From the NCBI GenBank assembly GCA_028719205.1, contig JAQUKH010000024.1, positions 1 through 43,777 on the forward strand: DNA of 43,777 nucleotides, written 5' to 3'. Below are positions 10,671-21,356 of this stretch, one piece after another. A model generated the notes under the pieces. It saw nothing but the letters and a program-made list of their open reading frames with translations. It ran no database searches and was not told the DNA's origin. This DNA is from a bacterium. Its GTDB lineage: Bacteria > JACRDZ01 > JAQUKH01. Within the stretch, counting starts at the first letter, position 1, and each line of letters starts with the position of its first letter. The translations under genes and the position numbers were made by a program.

Positions 10671-13304
10671 ATGCTCAAAAAGCTTTTTATAACTGTTTTA
10701 ATTTTAAATTCAATCGCCTGTTTTGTTTCAGCCAGGGATAGGAACGCAAAGGAGGATGTAAATTTAATGGCGAATAATTTTGATTATGATACGAAAAAAT
10801 TTGTTTTAGATAATGGGATGACCGTGATACTGAGGAATGTGCCTACAATAGACGCGGTGGCGATGCAGGTGTGGGTAAAGGCAGGAAGTATCGATGAGGG
10901 TAAATATGTCGGGTCGGGGATATCTCATTTTGTGGAACATATGATCTTTAAAGGGACGGAAAAAAGAAAAGAAGGACAGATGTCGAGGGAGATAAAAAAG
11001 GCCGGCGGGGACCTTAACGGATATACGGCTGATGACCGGGTGGTTTATCTTTTAACGGTCAGTAAAGATTATTTTGACACGGGCCTCGATGTTTTATCCG
11101 ACGCGGTGATGAATTCCCTTTTTGATTCAACGGAATTAGAAAAGGAAAGGAACGTGATCCTGAAAGAAATAAATATGAATCTGGATAATCCTGACCGCGC
11201 GTCCAATCGTTTATTCTGGGAATCGCTTTATACAAAACATCCTTACAGGTATCCGGGGATAGGGTATAAAGACCTTTTTATGAGTTTAACAAGAGATGAC
11301 GTTTATGGTTATTACAAGAAAACTCATATACCTAATAATATGATCTTTATAGCTTGCGGTAATTTTGAGATACCGGGGGCTTTGGAAAAGATCAAAAACG
11401 CTTTTAAAGATTTTAAGGGGCAGTTGAAAGCGCCTTCAATGATAGAAACTGAACCGAAACAAATAAGCAAGCGTTTAGTGTCAAAGGAAACAGATGTGCA
11501 GGTCGCGAGGTTGAATTTGGGCTTTCACACGGTTGACCTTTTTAATGATGATATGTATCCGCTGGATGTTCTTTCAATAATTCTGGGAGAGGGTGAGGCG
11601 TCAAGATTAGTTAAAAAAATAAAAAATGATATGGGCCTTGCCTATTCGATCCATTCATGGTCCTATACGCCGCAATATCCCGGAGTTTTCGGGGTAAGCG
11701 CAACAATGGATGATAAAAATACCGGGAAGATCCAGAATGAAATTTGGTCCATAATCGAGGAATTAAAGAAAAAAGAAGTCTCTGACGCCGAGCTTGATAT
11801 GGCAAAACAAAAAGTGGCAAGTTCTCATATATTTTCCAAACAGACAATAGAAGGCATGGCAGGTCAGTTGGCTATGGATGAGATGACCACCGGTAATATG
11901 AATTTTGACGAGGTTTATATTAAAAGGGTAAAAAATGTTACCAAAAAAGATATACAAAGGGTCGCGCAGAAATATTTTAACGATGAAAATTTAACAGTCG
12001 CGATATTGGGCCCGGTAAAAAAAGTAGGATCTGAAGATAAAGAGATAAAGGAAACAGCTTTTATTTCGGAAGCGCAAAAGGTCAGTTTGCCTAATAAATC
12101 GACTTTAATAGTTAAAGAAGACAGGCGCCTCCCTATTGTTTCGGTCAGAGTTACCTTCCTGGGCGGTTTGCGGTTCGAGAATGAGTTTAATAACGGCATA
12201 ACTAATTTTATGAAGGAAGTCCTTTTGAAAGGGACAAAAAAATTAACCGCTGATGAGATCAGCCTGAAGATCGAAGGTAAAGGGGGCAGGATAAGCGCTT
12301 TCAGCGGGAGAAATTCTTTTGGTCTGTCGGTGGATGTTTTAAAAGAAAATCTTGACGAGGCATTGGAAATTATTGATCAGGTATTAACTTCATCTGTTTT
12401 TCCTGAAAAAGATATTGAAAAGGCGAGGGAGAAGATCCTGTCGGATATAGCGAATGAACAGGATGATGTTTTCAGGACAGCCTCAAATCTTTTTATGTCC
12501 ACTCTTTTTGAAAGGCATCCGTATCGCCTGCGTCCCATAGGATCGGCTGAGTCTATAAAGAAGATCACAGTTGATGATATCAAAAAATATTATTATGATT
12601 ACTGCCGCCCTAACAATATGGTTATATCCGTATACGGGGATGTAAACACGAATGAGGTTAAGGAAAAAGTAAATAAAAGATTTGCTGATTTTAAAGCGAA
12701 GGATCTGCCTGATGTCCGGGTGCCCGATGAGTTAGAGCCTCTTAATTCGAGAAAAGCTGAAAAATTTATCAATAAAACCCAGTCGGTGGCTATTATCGGT
12801 TTTTTAGCCCCTGACCTGAAAAGCCCTGATTATTTCCCGTTGGAGGTTTTAACATCTGTCTTAAACGGTCTTGGTTCTCGGATGTTTGAAAGCCTGCGCG
12901 GAGAAAAGGCGCTGGCATATTATGTCGGCAGTTTTTATGTGCCGGGATTAGAAACGGGGGCGTATTTATTTTATATCGGTACGATCCAGTCAAAAAGGGA
13001 AGAGGCTGTTCTGGGGATATTGGACCAGATTAAAAAATTGCAGGAAGAAGATATTACAGATGAAGAACTTCAGACGGCGAAACAAAATCTTATAGGGCAA
13101 AAAGCCATAACGCTTGAAACTATAGGTTCACAGGGTTTCTCTTCGGGGATAAATGAATTGTACGGCCTGGGATATAATTGGGATGATAAATATAAAGACC
13201 AAATTAATAAAGTGACCGTGGAAAATGTTAAGAGCGTCGCGAAAAGATATTTCAATCTTAATGCTTATACCATTGCGGTTGTTGAGCCGGAAGCAAAGAA
13301 ATAA
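10671..13304 (+). CDS. M16 family zinc peptidase (PqqL/pitrilysin-like, two halves fused)
   Basis: GISHFVEHMIFKGT inverted HxxEH; second M16 half lacks the motif (NFMKEVLLKGT); SRMFESLRGEKALAY; N-terminal signal peptide. Confidence 0.92.
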   Translation: MLKKLFITVLILNSIACFVSARDRNAKEDVNLMANNFDYDTKKFVLDNGMTVILRNVPTIDAVAMQVWVKAGSIDEGKYVGSGISHFVEHMIFKGTEKRKEGQMSREIKKAGGDLNGYTADDRVVYLLTVSKDYFDTGLDVLSDAVMNSLFDSTELEKERNVILKEINMNLDNPDRASNRLFWESLYTKHPYRYPGIGYKDLFMSLTRDDVYGYYKKTHIPNNMIFIACGNFEIPGALEKIKNAFKDFKGQLKAPSMIETEPKQISKRLVSKETDVQVARLNLGFHTVDLFNDDMYPLDVLSIILGEGEASRLVKKIKNDMGLAYSIHSWSYTPQYPGVFGVSATMDDKNTGKIQNEIWSIIEELKKKEVSDAELDMAKQKVASSHIFSKQTIEGMAGQLAMDEMTTGNMNFDEVYIKRVKNVTKKDIQRVAQKYFNDENLTVAILGPVKKVGSEDKEIKETAFISEAQKVSLPNKSTLIVKEDRRLPIVSVRVTFLGGLRFENEFNNGITNFMKEVLLKGTKKLTADEISLKIEGKGGRISAFSGRNSFGLSVDVLKENLDEALEIIDQVLTSSVFPEKDIEKAREKILSDIANEQDDVFRTASNLFMSTLFERHPYRLRPIGSAESIKKITVDDIKKYYYDYCRPNNMVISVYGDVNTNEVKEKVNKRFADFKAKDLPDVRVPDELEPLNSRKAEKFINKTQSVAIIGFLAPDLKSPDYFPLEVLTSVLNGLGSRMFESLRGEKALAYYVGSFYVPGLETGAYLFYIGTIQSKREEAVLGILDQIKKLQEEDITDEELQTAKQNLIGQKAITLETIGSQGFSSGINELYGLGYNWDDKYKDQINKVTVENVKSVAKRYFNLNAYTIAVVEPEAKK

Positions 13305-13305
13305 A

Positions 13306-13348
13306 AAAAGAGTATCCTTTTTTATGGAAAAAAATAGGATACTCTTTT
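13306..13348. terminator. Bidirectional intrinsic terminator between the convergent M16 peptidase and HU genes
   Basis: Perfect 13-bp inverted repeat AAAAGAGTATCCT...AGGATACTCTTTT with A/T tracts at both ends. Confidence 0.8.
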
Positions 13349-13353
13349 AAAAA

Positions 13354-13626
13354 TTAATTTACTGCTTCTTTTAATCCTTTGCCTGCTTTGAAAGAAGGGA
13401 CTTTTCTTGCCGCTATTTTAATACTTGCTCCGGTTTGCGGATTGCGACCTGTTCTTGCTGCTCTTTTGCGAACGTTAAAAGAACCAAACCCTACTAATTG
13501 TACGCTTTCACCTTTAGATAATGCCTTTGTAATAGTTGCGATCACTGCCTCAACTGCCGCGACAGAATCTTTTTTGCTAAGCCCTACGCTGTCAGAAAGT
13601 TTGTTAACGATATCAGCCTTTGTCAT
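13354..13626 (-). CDS. hup: DNA-binding protein HU
   Basis: MTKADIV..; [49 protein letters not shown] 13626 follows AAAGGGGTG. Confidence 0.96.
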   Translation of the reverse strand: MTKADIVNKLSDSVGLSKKDSVAAVEAVIATITKALSKGESVQLVGFGSFNVRKRAARTGRNPQTGASIKIAARKVPSFKAGKGLKEAVN

Positions 13627-13692
13627 CTTTGTTTTCACCCCCTTTCTGAAAAAAATAAAATAAGGTGCGTAATGATTGATAAAACCTAAAAA

Positions 13693-13720
13693 ATTTTAGC
13701 ATATTATAAAGAAGTGTCAA
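13693..13720 (-). promoter_or_regulatory. Sigma-70-type promoter for hup
   Basis: Minus strand TTGACA-N16-TAAAAT with TG extension (TGCTAAAAT). Confidence 0.6.
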
Positions 13721-13770
13721 GTAAAAAAAATATTAAATTATTAATAAAAACATACCGGGTATATATTTAT

Positions 13771-13799
13771 TTGACAGAAAAATGAAAGAGGATTATAAT
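13771..13799 (+). promoter_or_regulatory. Consensus sigma-70 promoter for the ilv-leu operon
   Basis: Perfect TTGACA-N17-TATAAT. Confidence 0.8.
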
Positions 13800-13846
13800 T
13801 ATTATCTAATTTGCTGTTATTTATTCAAATAAAAAAAGGTGAAATT

Positions 13847-15505
13847 ATGCGTAGTGATGTAATGAAAAAAGGTATCGACAGGTCGCCGCACCGTTCGCTT
13901 TTTAAGGCGATGGGATATTTGGATTCTGAAATTAAGGGGCCTTTGATCGCTGTGGCGAATTCGGCTAATGAGATCATTCCCGGGCATATCCATCTTCGCC
14001 AGATTGCTGACGCGGTTAAAGCAGGGATAAGAATGGCGGGCGGGACACCGGTTGAGTTTGGAGTGATCGGCGTGTGTGACGGAATAACAATGAATCACGC
14101 GGGAATGAAATATTCTCTGCCGAGCCGGGAAATTATCGCTGATTCAATAGAGATAATGTGTTCAGCGCATCCTTTTGACGGGCTGGTTCTCGTCGGGAAC
14201 TGCGATAAAATTATTCCCGGCATGCTTATGGCGGCGGGAAGACTGAATATTCCCGCGATCTATATAAGCGGCGGGCCGATGCTTGCGGGAAATTATAAAG
14301 GGAAATCTCTGGACCTGATCAGTACCTTCGAGGCCGCGGGAAAAGTCAGGTTAGGTAATATGTCTGAAAAAGAATTGCTCGCCTGGGAGGATGTCGCGTG
14401 CCCCGGGCCGGGTTCATGCGCTGGGCTTTTTACAGCCAATTCGATGAACTGTTTGAGCGAGGCTTTAGGAATGGCGCTGCCCGGGAATGGAACGATTCCT
14501 GCGGTTGACAGCCGCCGCGTAAGACTGGCAAAACAGGCAGGAATGAAAATATTGGAATTGATAAAGAAAAATATTACACCTCGTAAGGTCATGACTGAAA
14601 AGGCGTTCAGGAACGCGATGGTCGTGGACATGGCATTCGGCGGGTCGAGTAACACTACATTACATTTGCCGGCGATCGCCAAAGAGGTTGGTGTTGATTT
14701 GTCATTAAAAGAGTTTAACATAATCAGCGGAAAAACTCCGCACCTTTGCAGTATGTCGCCGGGTGGGAAATATCATCTCGAGGATCTGGACAGGGCAGGC
14801 GGGATTTCCGCTTTGATGAAAGAATTAACAAGAAAAAAACTACTTAACACGGAAGAAATTACAGTAAGCGGTGCTAAATTAAAAGAGAATATAAAGGACG
14901 CGGAGGTTATTGACAGCGAGGTAATAAGGCCGCTGAAAAATCCGTATCATAAGACGGGAGGCCTCGCGGTGCTTTTCGGGAATATAGCTCCTGAAGGGTC
15001 AGTCGTAAAAGAAGCGGCTGTTGCTCCGGCAATGCTTAAGTTCACCGGGCGCGCGCGGGTTTTTGAATCAGAGGAGTCTGCCGTAAAAACAATTTTTGAA
15101 AAGAAAATAAAACCGGGTGATTGTGTAATTATACGGAATGAAGGGCCAAAAGGCGGGCCGGGTATGCGTGAAATGCTCACACCGACCTCCGCGGTAATGG
15201 GGATGGGGCTGGGCGAAAGTGTAGCGCTTTTGACCGACGGCCGTTTTTCCGGCGGGACAAGGGGCGCGTGCATCGGGCATATTTCACCCGAGGCGGCGGC
15301 AGGCGGGCCGCTTTCTATTGTTAAAGAAGGAGATATAATCGAAATTGATATTCCCGCGAGAAAATTAAATGTCCGCTTGTCGAACGCGGAGATCGAAAAC
15401 AGGCTGAAAAATATCAAACCGATAAAATATTTAGAAACAAGAAGTTATTTAAGCCGTTATAGAAGAATGGTTACTTCAGGAAGTAATGGAGCGGTTCTGA
15501 AATAA
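13847..15505 (+). CDS. ilvD: Dihydroxy-acid dehydratase
   Basis: [65 protein letters not shown]; start at ATG behind AAAGGTG. Confidence 0.97.
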   Translation: MRSDVMKKGIDRSPHRSLFKAMGYLDSEIKGPLIAVANSANEIIPGHIHLRQIADAVKAGIRMAGGTPVEFGVIGVCDGITMNHAGMKYSLPSREIIADSIEIMCSAHPFDGLVLVGNCDKIIPGMLMAAGRLNIPAIYISGGPMLAGNYKGKSLDLISTFEAAGKVRLGNMSEKELLAWEDVACPGPGSCAGLFTANSMNCLSEALGMALPGNGTIPAVDSRRVRLAKQAGMKILELIKKNITPRKVMTEKAFRNAMVVDMAFGGSSNTTLHLPAIAKEVGVDLSLKEFNIISGKTPHLCSMSPGGKYHLEDLDRAGGISALMKELTRKKLLNTEEITVSGAKLKENIKDAEVIDSEVIRPLKNPYHKTGGLAVLFGNIAPEGSVVKEAAVAPAMLKFTGRARVFESEESAVKTIFEKKIKPGDCVIIRNEGPKGGPGMREMLTPTSAVMGMGLGESVALLTDGRFSGGTRGACIGHISPEAAAGGPLSIVKEGDIIEIDIPARKLNVRLSNAEIENRLKNIKPIKYLETRSYLSRYRRMVTSGSNGAVLK

Positions 15506-15516
15506 AGGAAGCTAAA

Positions 15517-16635
15517 ATGTTCAAAAATAGAAATTCATTTTTGTCAGGGATATTTTTTTTGATGATCATGTTTTTAAACAGCTGTAACTTTATTGATAAA
15601 AGTTCAGACCCTGTGTTTCCAACTTCAAATAATCCTCCTTCAGTGAGTTTGGCGGCAAATATAGCAACAGGGAATACGCCTCTGTTGGTAAATTTTGCAG
15701 CTACTGTTACAGTTAACAATGGAAGCATAATAAAATATGAATGGGATTTTGATAATAATGGAGTTTATGATAGCACTACAACCAGTAATTTAATAAGTTA
15801 TGCTTATGATACTGCCGGAATATATACTTCCAAAGTTAGAGTAACGGATAATACTGGAACAACAGCTGAAGTTACTGCACAATTTACAGTTGGATATTCC
15901 CTTTCGGTAAGTTTGGCGGCAAATCCTGCATTAGGGGTAGCGCCACTAACGGTAAATTTTACAGCTAATTCTACATATGGCGGAGAAAGCGCGGTAAAAT
16001 ATGAATGGGATTTTGATAATAATGGAGTTTATGATACTACTACAACCGGTAAATCTGTAAGTCATATATATAGTATTGTTGGAATATATACTTCCAAAGT
16101 TAGAGTAACGGATAATGTTGGAGTGACAGCAGAATCTACTGTACAGGTTACGGTTACAACTCCGGTTAATCAAATCAGTACAATTTCTTTTACTCCATCA
16201 GGTATACCTTCAGATAACACGGTATATTTGGAACAAGTTGCGATAAATAATGATGAAATAACATTAGCTGTCAGGGTTAAAGGCGGAACAAATGTATATG
16301 GGGCAGCAATGGAGATAACATATGATAGCAGTAAAATAAACTATATATCTATAAGCCAAGGAAATTATTTAGGTGCGAAAGCAGATACCGCTTTTTATGC
16401 TTCGCTCATTAATGGGCAGAAAGGAATATTGCTGATTGGGATTGATAAAAAAGGAAATGTTCCGGGAACAAATGGGGACGGAACGTTAGTTACTATTGTT
16501 TTCAGGGCGGTAGCAACGCAGACTAATACAGCTATAGGATTTAATATCCAACATAGCGTTTTGAAATCACCAAACGCAGGTAATGCAAATATTCCCGGTA
16601 CATTATGGATCGGCGGGAGTTTGAGTTATAACTAA
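15517..16635 (+). CDS. Lipoprotein with two PKD domains and a C-terminal cohesin-like domain
   Basis: Lipobox FLNS-C; two KYEWDFDNNGVYD...YTSKVRVTDN PKD units 264 bp apart; C-terminal domain clearly paralogous to 9997..10569. Confidence 0.75.
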   Translation: MFKNRNSFLSGIFFLMIMFLNSCNFIDKSSDPVFPTSNNPPSVSLAANIATGNTPLLVNFAATVTVNNGSIIKYEWDFDNNGVYDSTTTSNLISYAYDTAGIYTSKVRVTDNTGTTAEVTAQFTVGYSLSVSLAANPALGVAPLTVNFTANSTYGGESAVKYEWDFDNNGVYDTTTTGKSVSHIYSIVGIYTSKVRVTDNVGVTAESTVQVTVTTPVNQISTISFTPSGIPSDNTVYLEQVAINNDEITLAVRVKGGTNVYGAAMEITYDSSKINYISISQGNYLGAKADTAFYASLINGQKGILLIGIDKKGNVPGTNGDGTLVTIVFRAVATQTNTAIGFNIQHSVLKSPNAGNANIPGTLWIGGSLSYN

Positions 16636-16678
16636 AAATACATGGAATTTTGAAAAATAGTTACAAAGGGAGACTAAA

Positions 16679-17188
16679 ATGCGCCATACAATTTCGTTAT
16701 TAGTCAGGAATAAACCGGGTGTTTTATCCCATATAGCCGGGCTTTTCAGCGCGAGGGGGTATAATATAGATAGTTTAACAGTCGGTGAGACCGATGACAA
16801 CACGGTATCACGTATGACGATCGTTACTATAGGCGACGACAGGATCGTTGAGCAGGTGAGTAAACAGCTTAACAAATTAATTGATGTAATTAAGGTGGTT
16901 GATCTGACCGATCAGCCTTTTGTTGACAGGGAGCTTGTTTTAATAAAGGTACAGGCAGAGGGTGAAAAAAGATCGCAGATAATCGAGATAACGGATATAT
17001 TTCGCGCGAAGATAGTTGATGTGAGCCCGAAAACAATTACGGTTGAAATTACCGGTGATGATTCGAAGATACAGGCGATCATTGAGCTTCTTAGCCCTTT
17101 CGGGATAAAAGAGATCGCGCGCACAGGAAAAGTGGCGATTGCGAGAGGCAGGGAAGCAGGGAAGAACAAGGGAGGCGCAACATGTTAA
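16679..17188 (+). CDS. ilvN: Acetolactate synthase small (regulatory) subunit
   Basis: [38 protein letters not shown] domain; [14 protein letters not shown]. Confidence 0.97.
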   Translation: MRHTISLLVRNKPGVLSHIAGLFSARGYNIDSLTVGETDDNTVSRMTIVTIGDDRIVEQVSKQLNKLIDVIKVVDLTDQPFVDRELVLIKVQAEGEKRSQIIEITDIFRAKIVDVSPKTITVEITGDDSKIQAIIELLSPFGIKEIARTGKVAIARGREAGKNKGGATC

Positions 17189-18858
17189 TGTCAGGTTCAG
17201 AAATTTTATTAGACGCATTGGAAAAAGAAGGTGTGGAAGTTATGTTTGGATTTCCTGGAGGGGCTATCTTGCCCGTCTATGACGCTATTTATGATTCCAA
17301 GATCCGGCACATCCTGGTTCGTCATGAACAGGGTGCGGCGCACGCGGCTGACGGGTATGCCCGTTCAACCGGCAAGGTTGGAGTATGTATTGCCACCTCA
17401 GGCCCGGGTGCCACAAATCTGGTTACAGGCATCGCGACCGCTTATATGGATTCGATCCCTATGGTGGCAATCACAGGACAGGTGGGTACCGATCTTTTAG
17501 GAAATGACAGCTTTCAGGAAGCGGATATTTTCGGGATCACAATTCCTATTACTAAATATAATTATTTGGTGAAAAAAGTTGAAGACCTGCCGGGAATTAT
17601 AAAAGAGGCGTTTTATATCGCACGGACCGGACGCCCGGGGCCGGTTCTCATAGATATTCCAAAAAATGTCCAGGTGGCGAAGATTGAATATGACGGATAT
17701 CCGAAAGAAATAAGTATTTCAAGTTATAATCCGACCATTAAAGGTAATCCGCGGCAGATTAAATTGGCGGCTGAGGCGATAAGCAAAGCGGAAAGGCCTG
17801 TGATCTACGCTGGCGGTGGAGTGATAATATCCGGCGCTGCTGATGAATTGAAACAGTTTGCTGAAAAAATAGAGGCTCCTGTTACCATGACACTTATGGG
17901 ATTAGGCGGTTTTCCTGGGACACACATCCTTTCCATGGGAATGCTTGGAATGCATGGAACACACGCGGCAAACCACGCGGTTACGGAAAGCGACCTGTTG
18001 ATCGCGATCGGCGCGAGATTTGACGACAGAGTAACCGGAAAATTATCGGCGTTCGCGCCTAACGCGAAGGTTATCCATATAGATATTGATCCGGCGGAAA
18101 TAGGTAAACGAAAAAAGGCTGATATTCCGATCGTTGGTGATATTAAACAGGTTCTCCAGTCTTTGATAAAAGAGATAAAAACAAAGAGCCATTCCGACTG
18201 GGCAAAACGGATAGAAAACTGGAAAGCAAAGCACCCGTTAACTTATAAGAATGAAAAGGGTAAACTTAAGCCGCAGTTCGTTATTGAAAAAATTTATGAA
18301 GTAACAAAAGGCGACGCGATCATTACAACAGAAGTCGGACAGAATCAGATGTGGGCCGCCCAATATTATAAATTTGATAAACCGCGGAAATTTTTGACTT
18401 CAGGCGGTTTGGGAACAATGGGGTATGGTTTCCCGGCGGCTATCGGCGCTCAGGCGGCTAATCCGGGGAAAGTTGTTTTTGATATCGCGGGGGACGGAAG
18501 TATTCAGATGAACATTCAGGAACTTGGGACCGCGGTTTGTTCAAAACTGCCGGTGAAGATCGCGATATTAAATAATTTTAACTTAGGTATGGTCCGCCAA
18601 TGGCAGGAATTATTTTTTAATAAGCGTTATTCAAATACCTGTCTCTCGGGGAATCCTGATTTTGTCGCTCTCGCGAAGGCTTACGGGGCACACGGGATCC
18701 TGGTGAAAAAACAGGAAGAGGTTATTCCCGCGATAAAAGAAGCGATGAAGATTAATGACAGGCCGACAATAATCGATTTTCGAGTTGAACCGGAAGAAAA
18801 TGTTTTCCCGATGGTTCCGGCGGGCGCGGCAATAACAGATATGATACAATTAGCATAA
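17182..18858 (+). CDS. ilvB: Acetolactate synthase large subunit
   Basis: [41 protein letters not shown] motif GDGS..MN; MVRQWQ. Confidence 0.97.
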   Translation: MLMSGSEILLDALEKEGVEVMFGFPGGAILPVYDAIYDSKIRHILVRHEQGAAHAADGYARSTGKVGVCIATSGPGATNLVTGIATAYMDSIPMVAITGQVGTDLLGNDSFQEADIFGITIPITKYNYLVKKVEDLPGIIKEAFYIARTGRPGPVLIDIPKNVQVAKIEYDGYPKEISISSYNPTIKGNPRQIKLAAEAISKAERPVIYAGGGVIISGAADELKQFAEKIEAPVTMTLMGLGGFPGTHILSMGMLGMHGTHAANHAVTESDLLIAIGARFDDRVTGKLSAFAPNAKVIHIDIDPAEIGKRKKADIPIVGDIKQVLQSLIKEIKTKSHSDWAKRIENWKAKHPLTYKNEKGKLKPQFVIEKIYEVTKGDAIITTEVGQNQMWAAQYYKFDKPRKFLTSGGLGTMGYGFPAAIGAQAANPGKVVFDIAGDGSIQMNIQELGTAVCSKLPVKIAILNNFNLGMVRQWQELFFNKRYSNTCLSGNPDFVALAKAYGAHGILVKKQEEVIPAIKEAMKINDRPTIIDFRVEPEENVFPMVPAGAAITDMIQLA

Positions 18859-18897
18859 ATAAATATATTTATTAAACAAAATCTAAGGAGAAAAGAA

Positions 18898-19887
18898 ATG
18901 AAAGTTTATTACGAAAAAGACGCTGATCTGAAAATTCTTAAAGGTAAAAAAATAGCGGTGGTCGGTTACGGCGCCCAGGGGCACGCGCATGCCCAGAATT
19001 TAAAAGACAGCGGGCTTGATGTAGTTGTAGGTTTGCGCCCGACAAGCGAAAAAGCGAAACAGGCAAAGGCGGACGGCCTTACTGTCCTGCCGGTTGCTGA
19101 CGCTGTAAAATCCGCTGATATTGTAATGATACTGATCCCGGATGAGATACAGGGTGATGTTTATAAAGAATCAATTAAGCCCAATTTGAAAAAGAACGCG
19201 ACTTTGGCATTTGCCCATGGTTTTAATATTCATTTCGGTCAGATCGTGCCGCCGGCTGATACAGATGTAATCATGATAGCTCCGAAGGGGCCCGGGAAAC
19301 TTGTTAGAAGCGTTTATCTGGAAGGAAAGGGAGTGCCATGCCTTATAGCCATTCATCAGGATGCTTCAGGCAAGGCAAAAAATATAGCGCTTGCTTATGC
19401 CAGAGGTATCGGCGGTACAAGGGCGGGTGTTATTGAAACCAATTTCAGGGAAGAAACAGAAACCGATCTTTTTGGCGAGCAAAGTGTCCTGTGCGGCGGG
19501 GTAAGTTCATTGATCATGGCAGGCTTTGAAACACTTGTGGAAGCCGGATACGCGCCGGAAATGGCGTATTTTGAATGCCTTCATGAGGTTAAATTAATTA
19601 CTGATCTTATTAATGACGGGGGGATTTCGTATATGAGAGACGCGATCAGCAACACCGCGAAGTACGGCGATATTACACGCGGGCCGAGAATTGTTACGGC
19701 TGAGACTAAAAAAGAGATGAAAAAGATCCTGACTGAGATCCAGAGTGGACAGTTTGCCAGAGAATGGATGCTTGAAAATAAAGTTAATCGCCCGGTGTTT
19801 AACGCGCTTTTGAAAAAGGACAAAGAACATCAGATCGAAAAAGTCGGCGATGAACTTCGTAAGATGATGGTTTGGAAGAAGAAGTAA
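18898..19887 (+). CDS. ilvC: Ketol-acid reductoisomerase
   Basis: [47 protein letters not shown]. Confidence 0.98.
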   Translation: MKVYYEKDADLKILKGKKIAVVGYGAQGHAHAQNLKDSGLDVVVGLRPTSEKAKQAKADGLTVLPVADAVKSADIVMILIPDEIQGDVYKESIKPNLKKNATLAFAHGFNIHFGQIVPPADTDVIMIAPKGPGKLVRSVYLEGKGVPCLIAIHQDASGKAKNIALAYARGIGGTRAGVIETNFREETETDLFGEQSVLCGGVSSLIMAGFETLVEAGYAPEMAYFECLHEVKLITDLINDGGISYMRDAISNTAKYGDITRGPRIVTAETKKEMKKILTEIQSGQFAREWMLENKVNRPVFNALLKKDKEHQIEKVGDELRKMMVWKKK

Positions 19888-20510
19888 TGGTTGCTAAGGA
19901 AGGAATTCAAATAGCCTTTTATTTTATATTTGGCGCGATTGCCGCGTTTTATATTGGATTAGGGGCATTAGGTTTTATTTTTATTCTTTTAGCTTGTTTC
20001 ATTTTGTTTTTTTTCAGGAATCCTGACAGGGTTCAGCCAAAGGGCGAAAATTTGATCTTGTCGCCGGCTGATGGTAAAATAATTGAAATACAGAAAATAA
20101 AAGAGGAAAAATATTTAAAGGCGGATTCGATCAAAGTCAGTATTTTCCTTTCTATTTTTAATGTTCATATTAACCGTTCGCCGATAAGCGGAAAGATCAA
20201 ATATTTTGAGTATCAAAAGGGCAAGTTCCTGGTTGCGAGCCACAAAGAGGCAACTGATAAAAATGAAAAAAATATCATCGGGATCAAAGGTAAAAAATTC
20301 GATCTCTTAGTTTATCAGATTACAGGATTAATTGCCCGGCGAGTCGTATTTTGGCTGAACTTAGAAGAAGATGTATCAGCGGGACAACGGATCGGTTTGA
20401 TGAAGTTTGGTTCACGGATGGATGTTTTTTGTCCGATAAATACGGAATTAAAGATCAAGATCGGAGATAAAGTGCGGGCGGGTGAAACAGTGCTGGGAGA
20501 GGTGAAATAA
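19887..20510 (+). CDS. psd: Phosphatidylserine decarboxylase proenzyme (short type)
   Basis: FFRNPDR; SPADG; SIFLSIFNVHINRSP; KFGSRMD cleavage motif; ATG overlaps the ilvC stop (TAATG). Confidence 0.93.
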   Translation: MVAKEGIQIAFYFIFGAIAAFYIGLGALGFIFILLACFILFFFRNPDRVQPKGENLILSPADGKIIEIQKIKEEKYLKADSIKVSIFLSIFNVHINRSPISGKIKYFEYQKGKFLVASHKEATDKNEKNIIGIKGKKFDLLVYQITGLIARRVVFWLNLEEDVSAGQRIGLMKFGSRMDVFCPINTELKIKIGDKVRAGETVLGEVK

Positions 20511-20521
20511 GGAGGCGAAAA

Positions 20522-21301
20522 ATGGAAAAGAAAAATACAAGAAGCAAAGGAATTTATATTATCCCGAATATGCTTACATTGGGGAATTTATTTTGCGGAT
20601 TTCTGTCAATAATAAGTTCTCTTGACGGCAAGTTTGAAATGGCGGCATATTATATTATACTCGCGGCGTTTTTTGACGGTATGGACGGCCGGGTCGCGCG
20701 TATGACAAATTCACACAGCAAATTTGGCGTTGAATTTGATTCTTTAGCGGATCTTGCTTCTTTTGGCATGGCGCCGGCTCTGTTAATTTATTTATTCGCC
20801 CTGAGGGCTTATGGAAAGCTGGGTTGGATGGTTGCGTTCCTTTTTGTGGCAGGCGGCGCGCTCAGGCTCGCGAGATTCAACGTTCTGGTGGATAAAGCGG
20901 AGAAAAATTTTTTCACAGGGCTTCCGATCCCTTCCGCGGCGACAGTTGTTATTTCTTATATTCTGATCGCTATCCATTACAACTGGACTGATAATTGGCC
21001 CGGATATAAAATTATTTTGCCAATAATGATGATCCTGATATCTTTTCTAATGGTCAGTAATCTGAGATATTTTGGTTTTAAGGAATTGGACCTGAAAAAG
21101 AAAAAGCCGTTTAATTTACTCGTTATCGCGATAATAGGAATTTATATTATTGTTTTAAATCCTCAAATGCTTTTATTTATATTATCTTTATTGTATCTGA
21201 TTTCAGGCATATTATCTCCTTTGCTTTTCCCTTTAACCGGGAAAGAAAAAGTATTAAAAGAATCAGCTGAACAAAAAAATGTAATAAAAGCGGTGAAATA
21301 A
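20522..21301 (+). CDS. pssA: CDP-diacylglycerol--serine O-phosphatidyltransferase
   Basis: IPNMLTLGNLFCG; DGMDGRVAR...S.FGVEFDSLAD..SFG.AP; ALRLARFN; F.GLPIP. Confidence 0.94.
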   Translation: MEKKNTRSKGIYIIPNMLTLGNLFCGFLSIISSLDGKFEMAAYYIILAAFFDGMDGRVARMTNSHSKFGVEFDSLADLASFGMAPALLIYLFALRAYGKLGWMVAFLFVAGGALRLARFNVLVDKAEKNFFTGLPIPSAATVVISYILIAIHYNWTDNWPGYKIILPIMMILISFLMVSNLRYFGFKELDLKKKKPFNLLVIAIIGIYIIVLNPQMLLFILSLLYLISGILSPLLFPLTGKEKVLKESAEQKNVIKAVK

Positions 21302-21356
21302 CTTAAAAATTCCCTCCAACAAATAGAAGATTAAACATAAGTATGAAAGGTATATC

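Noticed and set aside
13800-13846. Attenuator leader peptide or T-box upstream of ilvD
   Set aside because: Only about 45 nt lie between the promoter and start codon, with no Ile/Leu/Val-rich mini-ORF plus terminator; the TTG extension in the ORF track is just an in-frame upstream codon
19887-21301. psd-pssA inside the ilv-leu operon as a novelty
   Set aside because: ilvC-psd-pssA-leuA is a known conserved arrangement in several Gram-negative lineages
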